A stretch of 64,000 nucleotides of DNA from Mobula hypostoma (Eukaryota), in the NCBI RefSeq assembly GCF_963921235.1, contig NC_086097.1, forward strand, positions 250,854,001 to 250,918,000, in the 5' to 3' direction. The position numbers and the translations under genes were made by a program. Shown here piece by piece: positions 49,350-63,000 of this stretch. The number at the start of each line of letters is the position of its first letter. Positions within the stretch are counted from its first letter, which is position 1. Below the pieces are notes generated by a model, which was not told the DNA's origin, did no database searches, and saw only the letters and a list, made by a program, of their open reading frames with translations.

Positions 49350-51824
49350 CACCCCAGAGTTCTGAAAGGGGTGGCTGAAGAGATTGTGGAGGCATTAGTA
49401 ATGATCTTTCAAGAATCACTAGATTCTGGAATGATCCCGGAAGATTGGGAAATCGTAAATGTCACCCTAGAAGAGAGAGAGGCAGAAGAAAGGAAACTAT
49501 AGGCCATTTAGTCTGACCTCAGTGAAGATGTTGGAGTTGATTATTATAGATGAGGTCCCGGGGTACTTGGAGGCACATGATAAAATAGGCCGTAGTGAGC
49601 ATGGTTTCCTCAAGGGAAAATTTTGCCTGACAAATCTGTTAGAATTGTTTGAAGAAATAACAAGCAGGATAGACAAAGGACAATTGGTTGATATCATGTA
49701 CTGGATTTTCAGAAGGTCATTGACAAGAGGTTGCTTATCAACATGAGGCTGCTTAACAAGCTACGAGCCCATGGTATTACAGGAAAGATTCTAGCATGGA
49801 TAAGGCAGTGGCTGATTGGCAAGAGGCAAAGAGTGGGAATAAAGGGATCCTTTTATAGCTGGCTGCGAGTGACTAGTGTTGTTCCACAGGCGTCTATGTT
49901 AGGACTGATTCACTTTACATTGCATGTCAATGATTTGGATGGTTAATTTTCAGGTTGAGTCTGTGGTAATGAAGGTAAATGCGAAGTTAGCATTCATTTC
50001 AAGAGGACTAGAAGATAAAAACAAGGATGTAATGTTGAGACTTTATAAAGCAATTGTGAGGCCTCACTTGGAGTATTGTGAGCGGTTTAGAAAGGACATG
50101 CTGACATTGGAGAGGGTTCAAAGGAAGTCCATGAAAATGATTCCAGGATTGAATGGCTTGTCATATGAAGAGCGTTTGACGGCTCTGGGCCTGTAATCAC
50201 TGGAACCCAGAAGAATGAGGGGTGACCTCATTGAAACCTATCAAATGTTGAAAGGCCTTGAGCAGATTGTGGAGAAGATGTTTCTTATGTTGGGAGAGTC
50301 AAAGACCAGAGAACACAGCCTCAGAATAGAGAGGCCTCCTTTTAGAACGGAGATGAGGAGGAATTTCTTTAGCCAGAGAGTGGTGAATCGGTGGAACCTC
50401 TGCATTAAATATACCCAGTGAGGTGGCCTCCACAGATTCACTACTCTCTGGCTAAAGAAATTCTTCCTCACCTTCATTCTGAAGGGACATCCCTCTATTC
50501 TGAGGCTGAGCCCTTTAGTCCAGGACTTACAACAAAGGAAACATGGTCCCTCATGTGGGGACATATAAAGTCAGCACAACATCGTTGGTTGACAGGCCTG
50601 TACTGTGCTGGAGTGTTCTATGTTCTATATCCCTTAATTCCCTTAAAATCGAAATGGAACCACACTGACATGGCAATAAAAGCCAAACTACTTACATTTC
50701 AGGAAAAGAAATATTAATAGTTACAGATTTTTAAAACCATACCTCAAATTAGGTTCCTGAAGGTTGTTATAGCTGGGATGTGGCAGTGGGGATAAGCTCC
50801 CACTACCTATTAAAGTGCTCCCAATGGTGTGCATCCCTGGTCTTCCTGTGTGACTAAGCCCAGCAGAACCATTTCTACTGACAGGAGAAGGGGTAAAGTT
50901 GGTTACTGCTGCCTTAAAGTCAGTCGCTTTAGGCAGATGGAGCTTGTCAGCTGTGGTTGGCAGCTCACCTAGGAGGAGAAAAACTCTGAACTCAAACATC
51001 ACTGCCATGGTGGATTTACAGTACGGAAAAAAAGTCAAACTCAAATGGGTCAAGGACAGTGGAAGCAGACAGATCAATTGTTCCTGCCATGTGCTTGCAG
51101 ATGAAGGCTACCACTTTGTGGAATCGTTTTATGACCTCCATCTTGTGAGATATAGTTGCTTTGTTTTCAGTGTTTCAAAGAAGACATAATGATGCTTCAG
51201 GTAATCTGCAGGACTAGAGATCATTTCCAAATAAGAAATTATTTGGGAGATGTTCTTTGATAAAACATAACATGTAGGTTTGTGAATGTTGGGGTTGGTG
51301 CCTGCTTGGAGTGATTGGACCTGGTTACTGAAAAGAACAAAGAGCCATAAATTACCAACTGTCACTTGCTGGGAAGAGGGCAATAAATTAATGCTGGCCT
51401 GGAGCAGAGCCAATAAAAAGGTGTTGGAGGTCAGACACATGACCTGCAGCCGATGACGCTGGAACGCAATATTTATACTGGGAAGGAACAAGTGTAAAAG
51501 TGGACACTAGGAGTGTGCTGTCAGCAATAAATCTCTCAAGAAACCCACCATCACAAGGAAGAGCCCCCACACCAGAGGCTGGGTGAAGAAAGGATCAATC
51601 ATCTGGCCAACAGAGATCCTCTATTCCAGTGTTATAAATTGGACAAGTGATCTGAGTGAGTATTGGTACAGAGGGAAGAGTAGAATTCATGTTCTAAGTT
51701 GTTGGCCTGGGGTCAACACAGTTATGTTGTTGTTTGTGCAGAGACGATAAAGTGTGAGCTTCGATTAATTACGAGTTGCGTAGTGAATTTCCTAACCTAG
51801 TTCCGTTAACAAATGGTCAACACC

Positions 51825-53590
51825 ATGAGACCATAAGATATAAGAGCAGAATTAGATAATTCAGCCCATTGAGTCTGCTCCACCATTTCATCATGGCTGC
51901 TCTATTTTCCCTCTCAAACACACTCTTCTGCCTTTCCCATAACCTTTCACACCCTGTCTAATCAAGACCCTCGCTGGCTGGTGGTGAAGTGGCACCCTCA
52001 CTGAAATTTGAGGCAGGTGGTCCAGGGTTCGAACCTGGCCGTCTTCTTGCATGCTTTCTATCCATGTTAGGTTGAGAATCAAGCTAGCAACATGATGCAC
52101 CATGGAGGAGAACAACGTAATCAAGACCCTATCAACCTTCACCTTAAATACACCCAGTGACCTGCCTCCACAGCTGACTGTGGCAATGAATTCCACAGAT
52201 TCACCACACTCTGGATAAAGCAATTCCTCCTCATCTTTGTTCTAAATGCACGTCCCTCTCTTCTGAGGCTGTGCACTCTGATTCTACACTCTCCCACTAT
52301 AGGAAACATCCTCTCTGCATCCACTCTATCTACACCTCTCAATATTCAGTAGGTTTCAATGAGATCCCCCCACCCCCTCATTCTTCTGAATTCCAATGGG
52401 TACAGGCCCAGAGCCATCAAACACTCCTCATATGATAACGCTTTCATTCCCGGAATCATTCTCATGAAACTCCTCTGAACCCTCTCCAATGTCAGCACAT
52501 ACTTTCTTAGATATGGGGCCCAAAACTGCTCACAATACTCTAAGTGAGCCTCACTAGTGCCTTACAAAGACTCAGCTTTACATTCCTACTTTTATATTCT
52601 AGTCCCTGTGAAATGAATGCTGTTGTTCCATTTGCCTTCCTCACCACCGACTCATCCTACAAGTTCAGCTTTAGGTAATCCTGCATGTTAGATTTTTGAA
52701 TTTTCTGCCAGTTTAGAAAATAGTCTACACTTTTGTTTCTTCTACCAAAAGTGCATGATCATACACTTCCTGACACTTTATTCCATCTGCCACTTCTTTG
52801 CCCATTCTCCTAATCTGTCTAAGTCCTTCTGCAGCCTCTCTACTTCTTCAACACTACCAAACCCCTCCACTTAAATGCCATCAATTCTGTCATCCAAATC
52901 ATTGACATATAATGTAAAAAGAAATGGTCCCAACACTGATTCCAGCAGACCACTAGTCACTGGCAGCCAAACAGAAAAGGCTCCCTTTATTCTCACTCTT
53001 TGCCTCCTGCCAATCAGCCACTGCTTTATCCAGTCCTCCAGAACCATTCCAGAATTTACTGATTCTTGAAAGATCATTACTAAAGCCTCCACAATCACTT
53101 CAATTACCTCTTTCAGAACTCCAGGTCCATCTGATTCAATTGGCTTATCTACCTTCTGACCTTTCATCTTCCCAGGCACCTTCTCTATAGTTATAGCAAT
53201 TGCACTTACTTCTGCCCCCTAACACTCTTGAACTTCAGGCATATTGCTAGTGCCTTCTACAGTGAAGACTGGTGCAAAATACTTATTCAGTTTGTCCACC
53301 ATTTCATTGTCCCCCATTACTACCATAGTTTTCCAGCGATATGATATCTACTCTCACCTCTCTTTCACTCCATATTTCTGGAAAAAACTTATGGTACCCT
53401 CTTTAATATAATTGGTTAGCTTACCTTCATACTTCATCTTTCTCTCTTTATGGATTTTAGTTGCCTTCTGTTGGTTTTTAAAAGCTTCCCAATCCACTAA
53501 CTTCCCACTAATTTTTGCTCTATTATATGCCCTCTCTTTTGCTTTTATTTTTGACATCCCTTGTCAGCCTGCCTTTAGGATACTTCCTGT
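51825..53590 (-). mobile_element. Old decayed CR1 ORF2 with internal deletions and a SINE insertion (about 51970-52115)
   Basis: Fragmented RT and C-terminal ORFs at 52139-53557; atcaagaccct duplicated around the SINE. Confidence 0.8.
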
Positions 53591-55277
53591 TCTTTGGATT
53601 CATCAGCTGTGAGACAGGGGGAGCCTACTACATGGGCAACAGCTGGGTCTCCATATTGTACTGGCCTGGCTTACGTATCACGTAGACAGCTGGGACACAA
53701 TATTCAAAGTCGACCCTGACCAACGGAGGTGTCGAACCACAAATTAACTTGAAATTCATTAATAAAGTTTATTGTATTTATGTAATAAATAACGTCACAA
53801 AGCAAGTATTTGAAATTATTTTCTAGAACATTGAACAGGAACGGTCCCTTTGGTCCACAATGTTGTGCTGAACCAATTAAATTAGTAATCAAATAGCCAA
53901 CTAAACCAGAAGCTTAATCACAATCAGAATCAGGTTTAATACCACTGGCACATGTCGTGAAACTTGTGGTTTTGCAGCAATAGTATATTATGATAAATAA
54001 TAAAAAACCTATATATATAAAAAACTAGTAAGTAGTGCGAAGGTGAGCAAACATGGAAAAAGAAAAAACTAATCCCTTCTACCTACACAATGTCCATACC
54101 TTTCAATTTTCCTCACATTCATACGTTATCTTAAACGTCTCTTAAAAGTCTCTAATGTATCTGCCTCTACCACCACCCCAGGCAGCGCATTCCAGGTACC
54201 CACCACTCTGTGTAAAAAACTTACTCCTCACATCTCCTTTGAAACAACGCCCTTTCACCGTAAATGCATGCCCTCTGGTATCAGACATGTCAATCCTGGG
54301 AAAAAGGTATTGTCTGTCTGCTCTGTGTATGTCGCTCCGAATCTTACTCTCATAATCTCATAATCCAATTTTGCAGCAATTTTATCCAAAGCTCATTTAT
54401 TAAATCATATTGTGGTTTCTAATCTGAACAGTTAAGGGATTAGCCAATTTATACTCTTGCTGAAGTTTATGCAATCTTCATTGTCACCAAAGAAGAACTT
54501 TATTCCCAAGAGCCTAGAAGATTGAGGTGATATTTTACAGAGGTATATAAAATTCTGAGAGATATAGATAGGGAAAATGCAGGCAGGCTTTTTCCACTGA
54601 AGCTGGGTGAGACTAGAGTCATAGAGTACTACAGCACAAAAACAGGACCTTTGGCCCATCTAATCCATCTATTACTCTGCCTAGTTCCACCAACCTGCAC
54701 TCAGATCATCTCCCTCCATACCCCTCTCATCCATGTTCCTATCCAAATTTCTCTGACGTTGAAATCAGATCTGCATCCACCACTTCCGATGGCAGCTGGT
54801 TCCACACTCTCACCACCCTCTGAATGAAGAAGTTCTCTCTCAGGTTCCCCTTAAACATTTCACCTTTCGCCCTTAACCTATGTTGGAAACGTGGAGACTA
54901 CATTGGGATCAGGAAGAATACCTGGCCAGCACAGACTCCGTTTCCCGGACATTACCTTTTCTCTTCTGCCTGTTCATGGAGGTTTAGGGAAATCCAGTGG
55001 GTGTGCTCATAGGTATTTAGTTGTGTAAATTCATGTGTTTTATGAACTGATCCAATAAAGGTACTTGTCAATAAATACAGATTCTCTCTGTGCCTGAATG
55101 ATCATTATTGTTGAGAGTTAATACTTGAGGGTTGATCCCTGTAGCATGGTCTATATTTATTTTCTATGCTCTACAAATCACAAAAAGCTTCAGTCTTCAG
55201 TGGTTATGAAGTATTTACTACAGTCCTCATCTTCTACCTGAGCATCATTTCAAACACAAATGTCAATTAAACGTCAC

Positions 55278-55539
55278 CTGAACATCATTTGCTGGATTCC
55301 AGTCGATATCATACAGAACCAATCGAGATGCTCCGATCAGATTTAATCCAACTCCGCCTGCCTTTGAACTGAGTAAGAAGACAAAGTGCTGGCTGTGCTT
55401 GCTGTTGAACGATTCCACAATGTGCTGTCGATGGCTGACGGGGGTTTGTCCATCCAGTCGGGTGTAGCTGTATCCAGAGGACTTGCACATTTCTTGCAAG
55501 AGGTCCAGCGTCTGAGTGTAGTTTGAAACAAGCACAACT
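55278..55539 (-). CDS. RAD54B: RAD54B exon, SNF2 helicase C-terminal lobe (motifs IV-V)
   Basis: [15 protein letters not shown]...RLDGQTP...[34 protein letters not shown]. Acceptor ttctcctgttgcag, donor CAG|GTGACG, 262 nt. Confidence 0.95.
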
Positions 55540-56235
55540 CTGCAACAGGAGAAATTAAAACAAGCAATTTAAACGCCAAGTCAGATTAAAAAGATGAGGG
55601 TGTCAAGGCCAAGGGCGAACGACAAACCAGTGTACGGCTCACTACAACGTGAGATTTTACCCGTCTCAGTGCTGAACTGAGTCTACAGCTGTGGCCTGCA
55701 GTCATCAACACCCATTTCAGCACTGAAGTGGCTCCACGGCTGTGGCCTGCAGCTATCAGGCTCCTGGACCAGTTACCCCTGTGGCTGTGAACTCACTTTC
55801 AGGGAGTCTGCAGTTCATATTCTGTCATTTTTTTTTATTGTTTGCTGATTCTTTTTCTTTCTTTTTCACACAGTGAATGTTCGTGGTGTGGAGTTTTTAG
55901 TGGATTCTATTGTGATTTTTGTGTTGTGGCCGCCTGATAGAGATGAACCTCAGGGATGTATACACTGTACATTTGAACTTTCTGAAGCCCCCATATTAAT
56001 AGTGTACTGTGTGAGAGCATTTCATACAAAACCTGACTGGCATTTTTATAAACATATACAATAGGATACACTCAGTGGCCATTTTATTCAGTACACCTGC
56101 TTATTAATGCAATTATATAATCAGCCAATCATGTGGCAGCAACTCAATGCATGAATGCACGCAGACGTGGTCAAGAGGTTCAGTTGTTGTTCAGACCAAA
56201 AATCAGAATGAGGAAGAAATGTGATCTAAGTGACT

Positions 56236-57848
56236 AAAGAGATAATGATGAGCAAACTAGAGGGCCTGAAGGTAGGTAAGTCCCCTGGTCCTGATGGGAT
56301 GCATCCCAGGGTGCTGAGGGAATTGGCGGAGGTTACAGTAGACGCGTTGTTAATCATTTACCAAAACTCTCTAGACTCTGGGCAGGTCCCGGCAGATTGG
56401 AAGACAGCAAATGTCATGCCACTTTTTAAAAAAGGATGTAGACAAAAGTCAGGCAATATAGGCCAGTTAGCTTACCATCTGTAGTCAGGAAAATGCTTGA
56501 TGCTGTCATTAAGGAAGAAATAGTGAAACATTTAGGAAGGAGTGGTTCCATTAGACAGACGTAGCATGGATTCAGAAAGGGCAGGTCCTCTTTGACAAAC
56601 TTACTGGAGTTCTTTGAGGACATAATGAGTGCAGTGGATAGAGAGGGGAACAGGTAGCTATCGTATACTTGGATTTCCAGAAGGTGTTCGATAAGTTGCC
56701 GCACAAGGGACCTATAAATAAGATATGGATGCATGGAGTCAGAGGAAGTGTATTGGCATGGATAGTGGTTTGGTTAACCAATGGAAGTTGGTATAAATGG
56801 GTGTTTCTCCGGTTGGCAGTCAGTGGTGAGTGGGGTGCCGCAGGGGTCGGTGCTGGGCCCGCAGTTGTTTACCATTTACATTGATGATTTGGAAGAGGGG
56901 ACTGAGTGTAGCGTAGCAAAATTTGATGACACGAAACTGAGTGGAAAAGCAAATTGTACAGAGGATGTGGAGAGTCTGCAGAGGGATATAGATAGATAGG
57001 TTAAGTGAGTTGGCTGAGGTCTGGCAGATGGAATACAATGCTGGTAAATGCAAGATCATCCACTTTAGAAGGAATAATAGGAGAGCAGATTATTATTTAA
57101 GTGGTGAAAGATTTCAGCATGCTGTTGTGCAGAGGGACTTGGGAGTGCTTGTTCATGAATCACAAAAAGTTGGCTTGCAGGTACAACAGGTTATTAAGAA
57201 GGTAAACGAAATGTTGGCCTTCATTGCTAGAGGGATTGAATTCAAGAGCAGGGAGGGTCATCCTGCAACTATACAGGGTACTGATGAGGCCGAACCTGGA
57301 GTACTGTGTGCAGTTCTGGTCTCCATACTTGAGGAAGGATATACTGGCTTTGGAGGCAGCGCAGAGAAGGTTCAACAGGCTGATTCCAGAGATGAATGGG
57401 GTTAATCTATGAGGAGAGATTGAGTCGCCTGGGACTATACTTTCTGGAATTCAGAAGAATGAGAGGGGATCTTACAGAAACATACAAAATTTTGAAAGGG
57501 ACAGGTAAGATAGAAGTAGGAAAGTTGTTTCCATTGGTAGGTGAGACTAGAACTGGGGGACATTGCCTCAAGATTCAGGGGAGAAGATTTAGGACGGAGA
57601 TGAGCAGAAACTCTTTTTCCCAGAGAGTGGTGAATCTGTGGAATTCTCTGCCCAGGGAAGCAGTTGAGGCTTCTTCACTAAATACATTTAAGCTACAGTT
57701 AGATAGATTTTTACATAGTAGGGTTATGCGGAAAAGGCAGGTAGATGGAGCTGAGTTTACGGACAGATCAGCCGTGATCTTATTGAATGGCGGGGCAGGC
57801 TCGATGGGCCAGATGGCCGACTCCTGCTCCTATTTCTTATGTTCTTAT
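56236..57848 (+). mobile_element. 5'-truncated CR1 inserted into a Tc1-derived element
   Basis: RT fragments; gtgact repeated at both junctions (about 56230 and 57849); tail ttcttatgttcttat. Confidence 0.9.
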
Positions 57849-58439
57849 GTGACTTTGTGGAATGATTGTTAGTGCCAGACGAGATGATTTGAGTATCTCA
57901 GATACTGTTGATCTCCTGGGATTTTCACACACAACAGACTCTAGAGTTTACAGAGAATGGTGCAAAAAAACAAAAAAAAAAATCCAGTGAGCAGCAGTTC
58001 TGTGGGCAAAATTACCTTATGTGAGAGGTGAGGAGAGTGGCCAGACTGGTTTAAGCTGATAGGAAGGCAACAATAATTCAGATAATCACACGTTACAACA
58101 ATGGGTGTGCAGACGAGCATCGCTAAACACAAAACATGTCGATGGGCTGCAACACAGACCACATAAATACAAGACCAGACAAGCTCGCAGCACGGATAGT
58201 ACTTGCTCTTGTCATATGGCACCAGCAATCTGTGTTCAATTCCTGCAGCTGTCTGAGAAGTTTGTATATTCTCCCTGTAAATGCGTAGGTTTCCTCCAGG
58301 TGCTCCAGTTTCCTCCTTCATTCCAAAGACATAAGGTTAGGGCGAGCAAGTATCTCCACTCTGCCACTCATATATGTGTGACAAATAAAACCAACCTTTA
58401 ATCTTTATGAGCCTCTGTGGAGCCTCCATATCTGGTAGT

Positions 58440-58862
58440 GATGCGACCATACATCTATATGCAGTGCAATCACTCCATTCGAGTATGATGTTCTCCTAAG
58501 GGGTTGTCTATTGGTGGCTAGAGAGGCCGATCTGGATCCACACATTCTGGGGGGGGGTGCAGTGTGAACAAGAGTAAGTGGTGTCTGTGGTCAGTGTTTG
58601 GGTCTTTTGGTTGTTCAGTCTCTCCTTTCACAGCTGCTGCTTGTTCTCAGCAGCACAGAGGAAGTCATTCTCATGTAGAACAGCTCCCTCTTGAACAGAT
58701 TTCCTCCAGGTGTATCTATTGAGTGTAATGTCTTCCCAGTTTTTAGATACCTTGTTGAATTTCTTCAGGCTGGGTTTGATGTTACCTTTGAAGTGTATCC
58801 TTTGCCCACCAGGAGCTTGCTGACCTTCCTTCAAATGCGGGTAAAGGATCTGTTTGGGAGAC
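58440..58862 (-). mobile_element. RTE-clade LINE C-terminal and 3' fragment
   Basis: PKQILYPHLKEGQQAPGGQRIHFKGNIK..LKKF.....WE..T.NR.TWR, a typical RTE C-terminus. Confidence 0.75.
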
Positions 58863-59835
58863 CATAGGTACAGGGGCAGAATTAGGCCATTTGGCCGATC
58901 AAGTCTGCTCCACCATTTCCTCATGGCTGATCCAATTTTCCTCTAAATTCCAATTTCCCGGCTACTCCCCATACCCCTTCATGCCCTGACCCATCGAGAA
59001 TCTATCAACCTCTGCCTTAAATATACATACAAACGTGGCCTCCACAGCCACCTGTGACAATGAGTTCCACAGATTTATCACTCCCTAGCTAAAGAAATTC
59101 CTCCTCATCTCTGTTCTAAAGGGACACCTCTATAATTAGGCTTTGTCCTCTGGTCTTAGACTCTCCCACCATAGGAAACATCCTCTCCACATCCACCCTA
59201 TCAAGGCCTTTCAGCATTTGATAGGTTTCAATGAGGTCACCCCTCATTCCTCTGAATTCTAGTGAATACAGGCCCAAAACCATCAAACACTCTTCATATG
59301 ATGAGCCATTCAATCCTGGAATCATTTTCATGAACGTCATTTGAACCCTCTCAAGTTTCAGCACATCCTTTCTAAGACAAGGGGCCCAAAACTGCTCACG
59401 ATACTCCGTGAGGCCTCACCAGTGACTTAAAAAGTCTCAACATTACATCCTTGCTTTTATATTCTAGTCCTCTTGAAAAGAATGCTAACATTGCATTTGC
59501 CTTCCTCATCACAAACCCAACCTGCAAATTAACCTTTAGGGAATCCTGCACAAGGACTCCCAAATCCCTTTGCGCCTTAGATTTTTGTATTTTCTCTCCA
59601 TTTAGAAAATAGTCACACTTTAATTTCTCCTGCCAAAGTACATGACCATACGCTTCCCGACACTATTCCATCTGCCATTTCTTTACCCATTCTCCTAATC
59701 CATCTAAATCCTTCTGTAGGCTCTCTACTTCCTCAAAACTGCCTACCCCTCCATCTATCTTCATATCGTCTGCAAACTTTGCAAAAAAGTCATAAATTCC
59801 ATCATCCAAAAATATTAACGTATGACGTAAAAAGA
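58862..59835 (-). mobile_element. CR1 3' fragment
   Basis: LERVQ...LGLYSLEFRGMRGDLIETY motif. Confidence 0.85.
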
Positions 59836-59847
59836 AACACCTATCTA

Positions 59848-60574
59848 CGTTACGTGACCATGGTTCTGTTTACTGTGAGTGCCACTTTAAAACCTAGATG
59901 AGGCGGGACTATGATGTCAGTATAACAAGCTGCGACAGACCGCTGGGACTTTCAGTAGAGAGAGAGAGAGAGAGGGGGGAAGTTTTGGACCGCAAGCTGC
60001 CAGCCGTAGCTTTCTGTAAAAATGCGTAAAGTCTGATACTTTCCCATGCCCAAAGGACTGGGATGATTAATGGCACACCGTGCACAATGGATGTGTGACT
60101 GTCACTTTGTATGATCCATATGTAGATTTTGTTGGAGTATCCTGTGGCGACCACTCTTGTTAACCCTTACCTGGATTCAGGTGTGTTAAATGGTAACCAC
60201 TTGTGCGAAGGGATATTCTGTGACTGTCACTTTGTGACGACTCGACGGATAAGATCTTCGGCGACTGTTACTTCATTTTCCCACTGTGGAACCTGTGGAA
60301 TTTTTTGTGATCACCTTCTCTTTACATTTTAACATGGATTTATAAATCTCTCCCCTCACTTATTCCGTGGAGTACTGGACCTTTCTAGTTTGCCATCTTA
60401 AGACTTTAAGAACTGTTCCTAAGCTTGACGGTTTTGGAGCCACACACACGCATAACACTTAACTTCTGTTTATTTCGTTTAAGTTTCTATATTTTGAGTA
60501 GATACTAATAAAGATGGTGGTTTTAACATTAAAACCTGACTCAATTTGTGATCTATTGCTGCTGGTACGTAACA
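59848..60574 (+). mobile_element. Probable solo LTR
   Basis: Inverted termini CGTTACGT / ACGTAACA (TG..CA with one change), AATAAA at 60507-60512, no ORF, no clean TSD. Confidence 0.6.
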
Positions 60575-60773
60575 TACATCTCTAGAAATATCTAAGAGTC
60601 CACTATATATTTGTAGTAATTTGCAAGAGTCTTGAGTGCCATACCAAATCTCATCAAAATCCTACTAAGATATAAAGATGAGGAAGTCTGCCGATGCTGT
60701 TGATCCAAAGTGACCCACATAAAATGCCAGAGGAACTCAGCAGCTCAGGGAGCATCTACGGAAATGAATAAAC

Positions 60774-60809
60774 AGTCAACGTTTCTGTCCCAGGCCCTTC
60801 CTCAGGACT
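60774..60809 (-). ncRNA. Diverged hammerhead motif
   Basis: Reverse complement AGTC-CTGAGGA-AGGGCCTGGGACA-GAAAC-GTT-GACT; stem II degraded. Confidence 0.45.
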
Positions 60810-61069
60810 CAGATCTTCTCACTGACTTAAGTTTTACCATGGCTCCTTTGTGCTACAACTCAGTCAAAGGATGTCTCAGTATCAAAGGCAGTCATTTTGA
60901 ACAGACATCTGGAACTCAGTTCCATGTCCATGTTTTGATCAAGGCTGTGAAGAAGCTGCAGCTAAGTAGTCCCAACAAAACCCAATCTGGACAATCAGTG
61001 AGTGAGGCAATGGCCAGCTCAGGCACTGGTTGTGCTAGCAAGGGTTTCTTCATGATAGATATTGAGTGA

Positions 61070-61899
61070 CTTAACAGTGAAATACAATGTTGGAAAGTGT
61101 ATGGTTATGCACTTTGGCAGAAGAAATAAACAGGCAGACTATTGTTTAAATGGGGAGAGAATTCAAAGTTCTGAGATGCAATGGGACTTGGGCATCCTCG
61201 TACAGGATACCCTTAAGGTTAACCTCCAGGTTGAGTCGGTGGTGAGGAAGGCGAATGCAATGTTGGCATTCATTTCTAGAGGAATAGAGTATAGGAGCAG
61301 GGATGTGATGTTGAGGCTCTATAAGACGCTGGTAAGACCTCACTTGGAGTACTGTGTGCAGTTTTGGGCTCCTTATTTAAGAAAGGATGTGCTGACATTG
61401 GAGAGGGTACAGAGAAGATTCACTAGAATAGTTCTGGGAATGAGAGGGTTAACATATGAGGAACGTTTGTCCGCTCTTGGACTGTATTCCTTGGAGTTTA
61501 GAAGAATGAGGGGAGACCTCGTAGAAACATTTCGAATGTTGAAAGGCATGGACAGAGTGGATGTGGCAAAATTGTTTCCCATGATGGGGGAGTCCAGTAC
61601 GAGAGGGCATGACTTAAGGATTGAAGGGCGCCCATTCAGAACAGAGATGTGAAGAAATTTTTTAAGCCAGAGGGTGGTGAATCTATGGAATTTGTTGCCA
61701 CGGGCGGCAGTGGAGACCAAGTCATTGGGTGTATTTAAGGTAGAGATTGATAGGTATCTGAGTAGCCAGGGCATCAAAGATTATGGTGAGAAGACGGGGG
61801 AGTGGGACTAAATGGGAGAATGGATCAGCTCATGATAAAATGGTGGAGCAGACTTATGGGCCGAATGGCCAACTTCTGCTCATTTGTCTTATGGTCTTA
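61070..61899 (+). mobile_element. CR1 3' fragment
   Basis: KYNVGKC...[13 protein letters not shown]...RRMRGDL; tail tcttatggtcttat. Confidence 0.9.
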
Positions 61900-62397
61900 T
61901 AATCAGTGACTGATTATGACCTAGTTAAGAGTAGATACCATAGCGGGTCTACTACAGACACAGCCCAGTCCATCATAGACAAACCCCTCCCCACCACTGA
62001 GCATATCTACAAAGAGCACTGCCACAAGAAAGCAGCATCCATCATCAAAGACCCCCACCACCCAGACCATGCTCTCTTCTCACTGCTGCCATCAGGGTCC
62101 CACACCACAGGGTCAGGAACAGTTATTATCCCCCAACCACCAGGCTCCTGAACCAGAGGGGATAGTTCCACTCTCCTCAACTCTGAACTGATTCTAAAGT
62201 CTACAGACTCACTTTCAAAGACTTTCCACAACTCATTCTCAGTATTATACTTTTATTCATAGTATGTCTTCTTCTGCACACTGGCTGTTTGTCAGTCTTT
62301 GTTTATGTATAATTTTTTTGTAAATTCTATTGTATTTCTTTATTTTCCTGTAACTGTCTGCATGAAAATGAATGTCAAGGTCGTGGATAATGACATA

Positions 62398-62770
62398 AAC
62401 ACAAGAGATTCTGCAGATGCTGGAAATCCACGGCAACACACACAGAATCCTGGAGGAACTCAGCAGGTCAGGCAGCATCAATGGAGAAGAGTAAATGGCC
62501 GACATTTCAGGCCGAGACCCTTCTTCAGAACTGAGGAGAGAGGGGGGAGATGCCAGAAAAAAGGTGGGGGAGGGGAAGGATGCTACCTGGATGGTAGGTG
62601 AAACAAGGTGAGTAGGAAAGGTAAAGGGCTGGAGAAGAAAGAATCTGACAGGAGAGGAGAGTGGACAATAGGAGAAAGGGAAGGAGGAGGGGGCCCAGGG
62701 GGAAATAATAGGTAGGTGAGAAGTGGTAAAATGCCAGAATAGGTAGTAGAGGAGGAAGGGAGGGGGACGG
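62398..62770 (-). mobile_element. Penelope-type terminal fragment with a degenerate hammerhead; related pieces at about 2555-2790, 5350-5445, 14460-14600, 47065-47112, 60680-60810
   Basis: Shared ctgcagatgctggaaat...ctggaggaactcagcaggtcaggcagcatc motif followed by a purine-rich tract. Confidence 0.7.
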
Positions 62771-63000
62771 TGTCATACTGCATGCAGGTATGGTGACATA
62801 TAAAGTAAAAAGCTTTATGCTACGGCTCTGTCGAAATGTGCAATATGCAATTTATAGTAATTCATAATAAATAGCATGTACAACAGGACAGTCAATATAA
62901 CACAGAAATACAATTGTATCAGCATGAGTTAATCGGTCTGATGGCCTGGTGGAAGAAGCTGTCTCGGAGCCTGTTGGTCCTGGCTTTTATGCTGCAGTAA

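Noticed and set aside
55278..55539. Assignment to RAD54L or another SNF2 helicase
   Set aside because: [27 protein letters not shown], the C-terminal exon sequence and adjacency to GEM favour RAD54B.
62498..62533. Functional hammerhead (also at about 2655-2685 and 5420-5445)
   Set aside because: Core or stem mutations (for example GAAAT and a broken stem I); treated as decayed copies.
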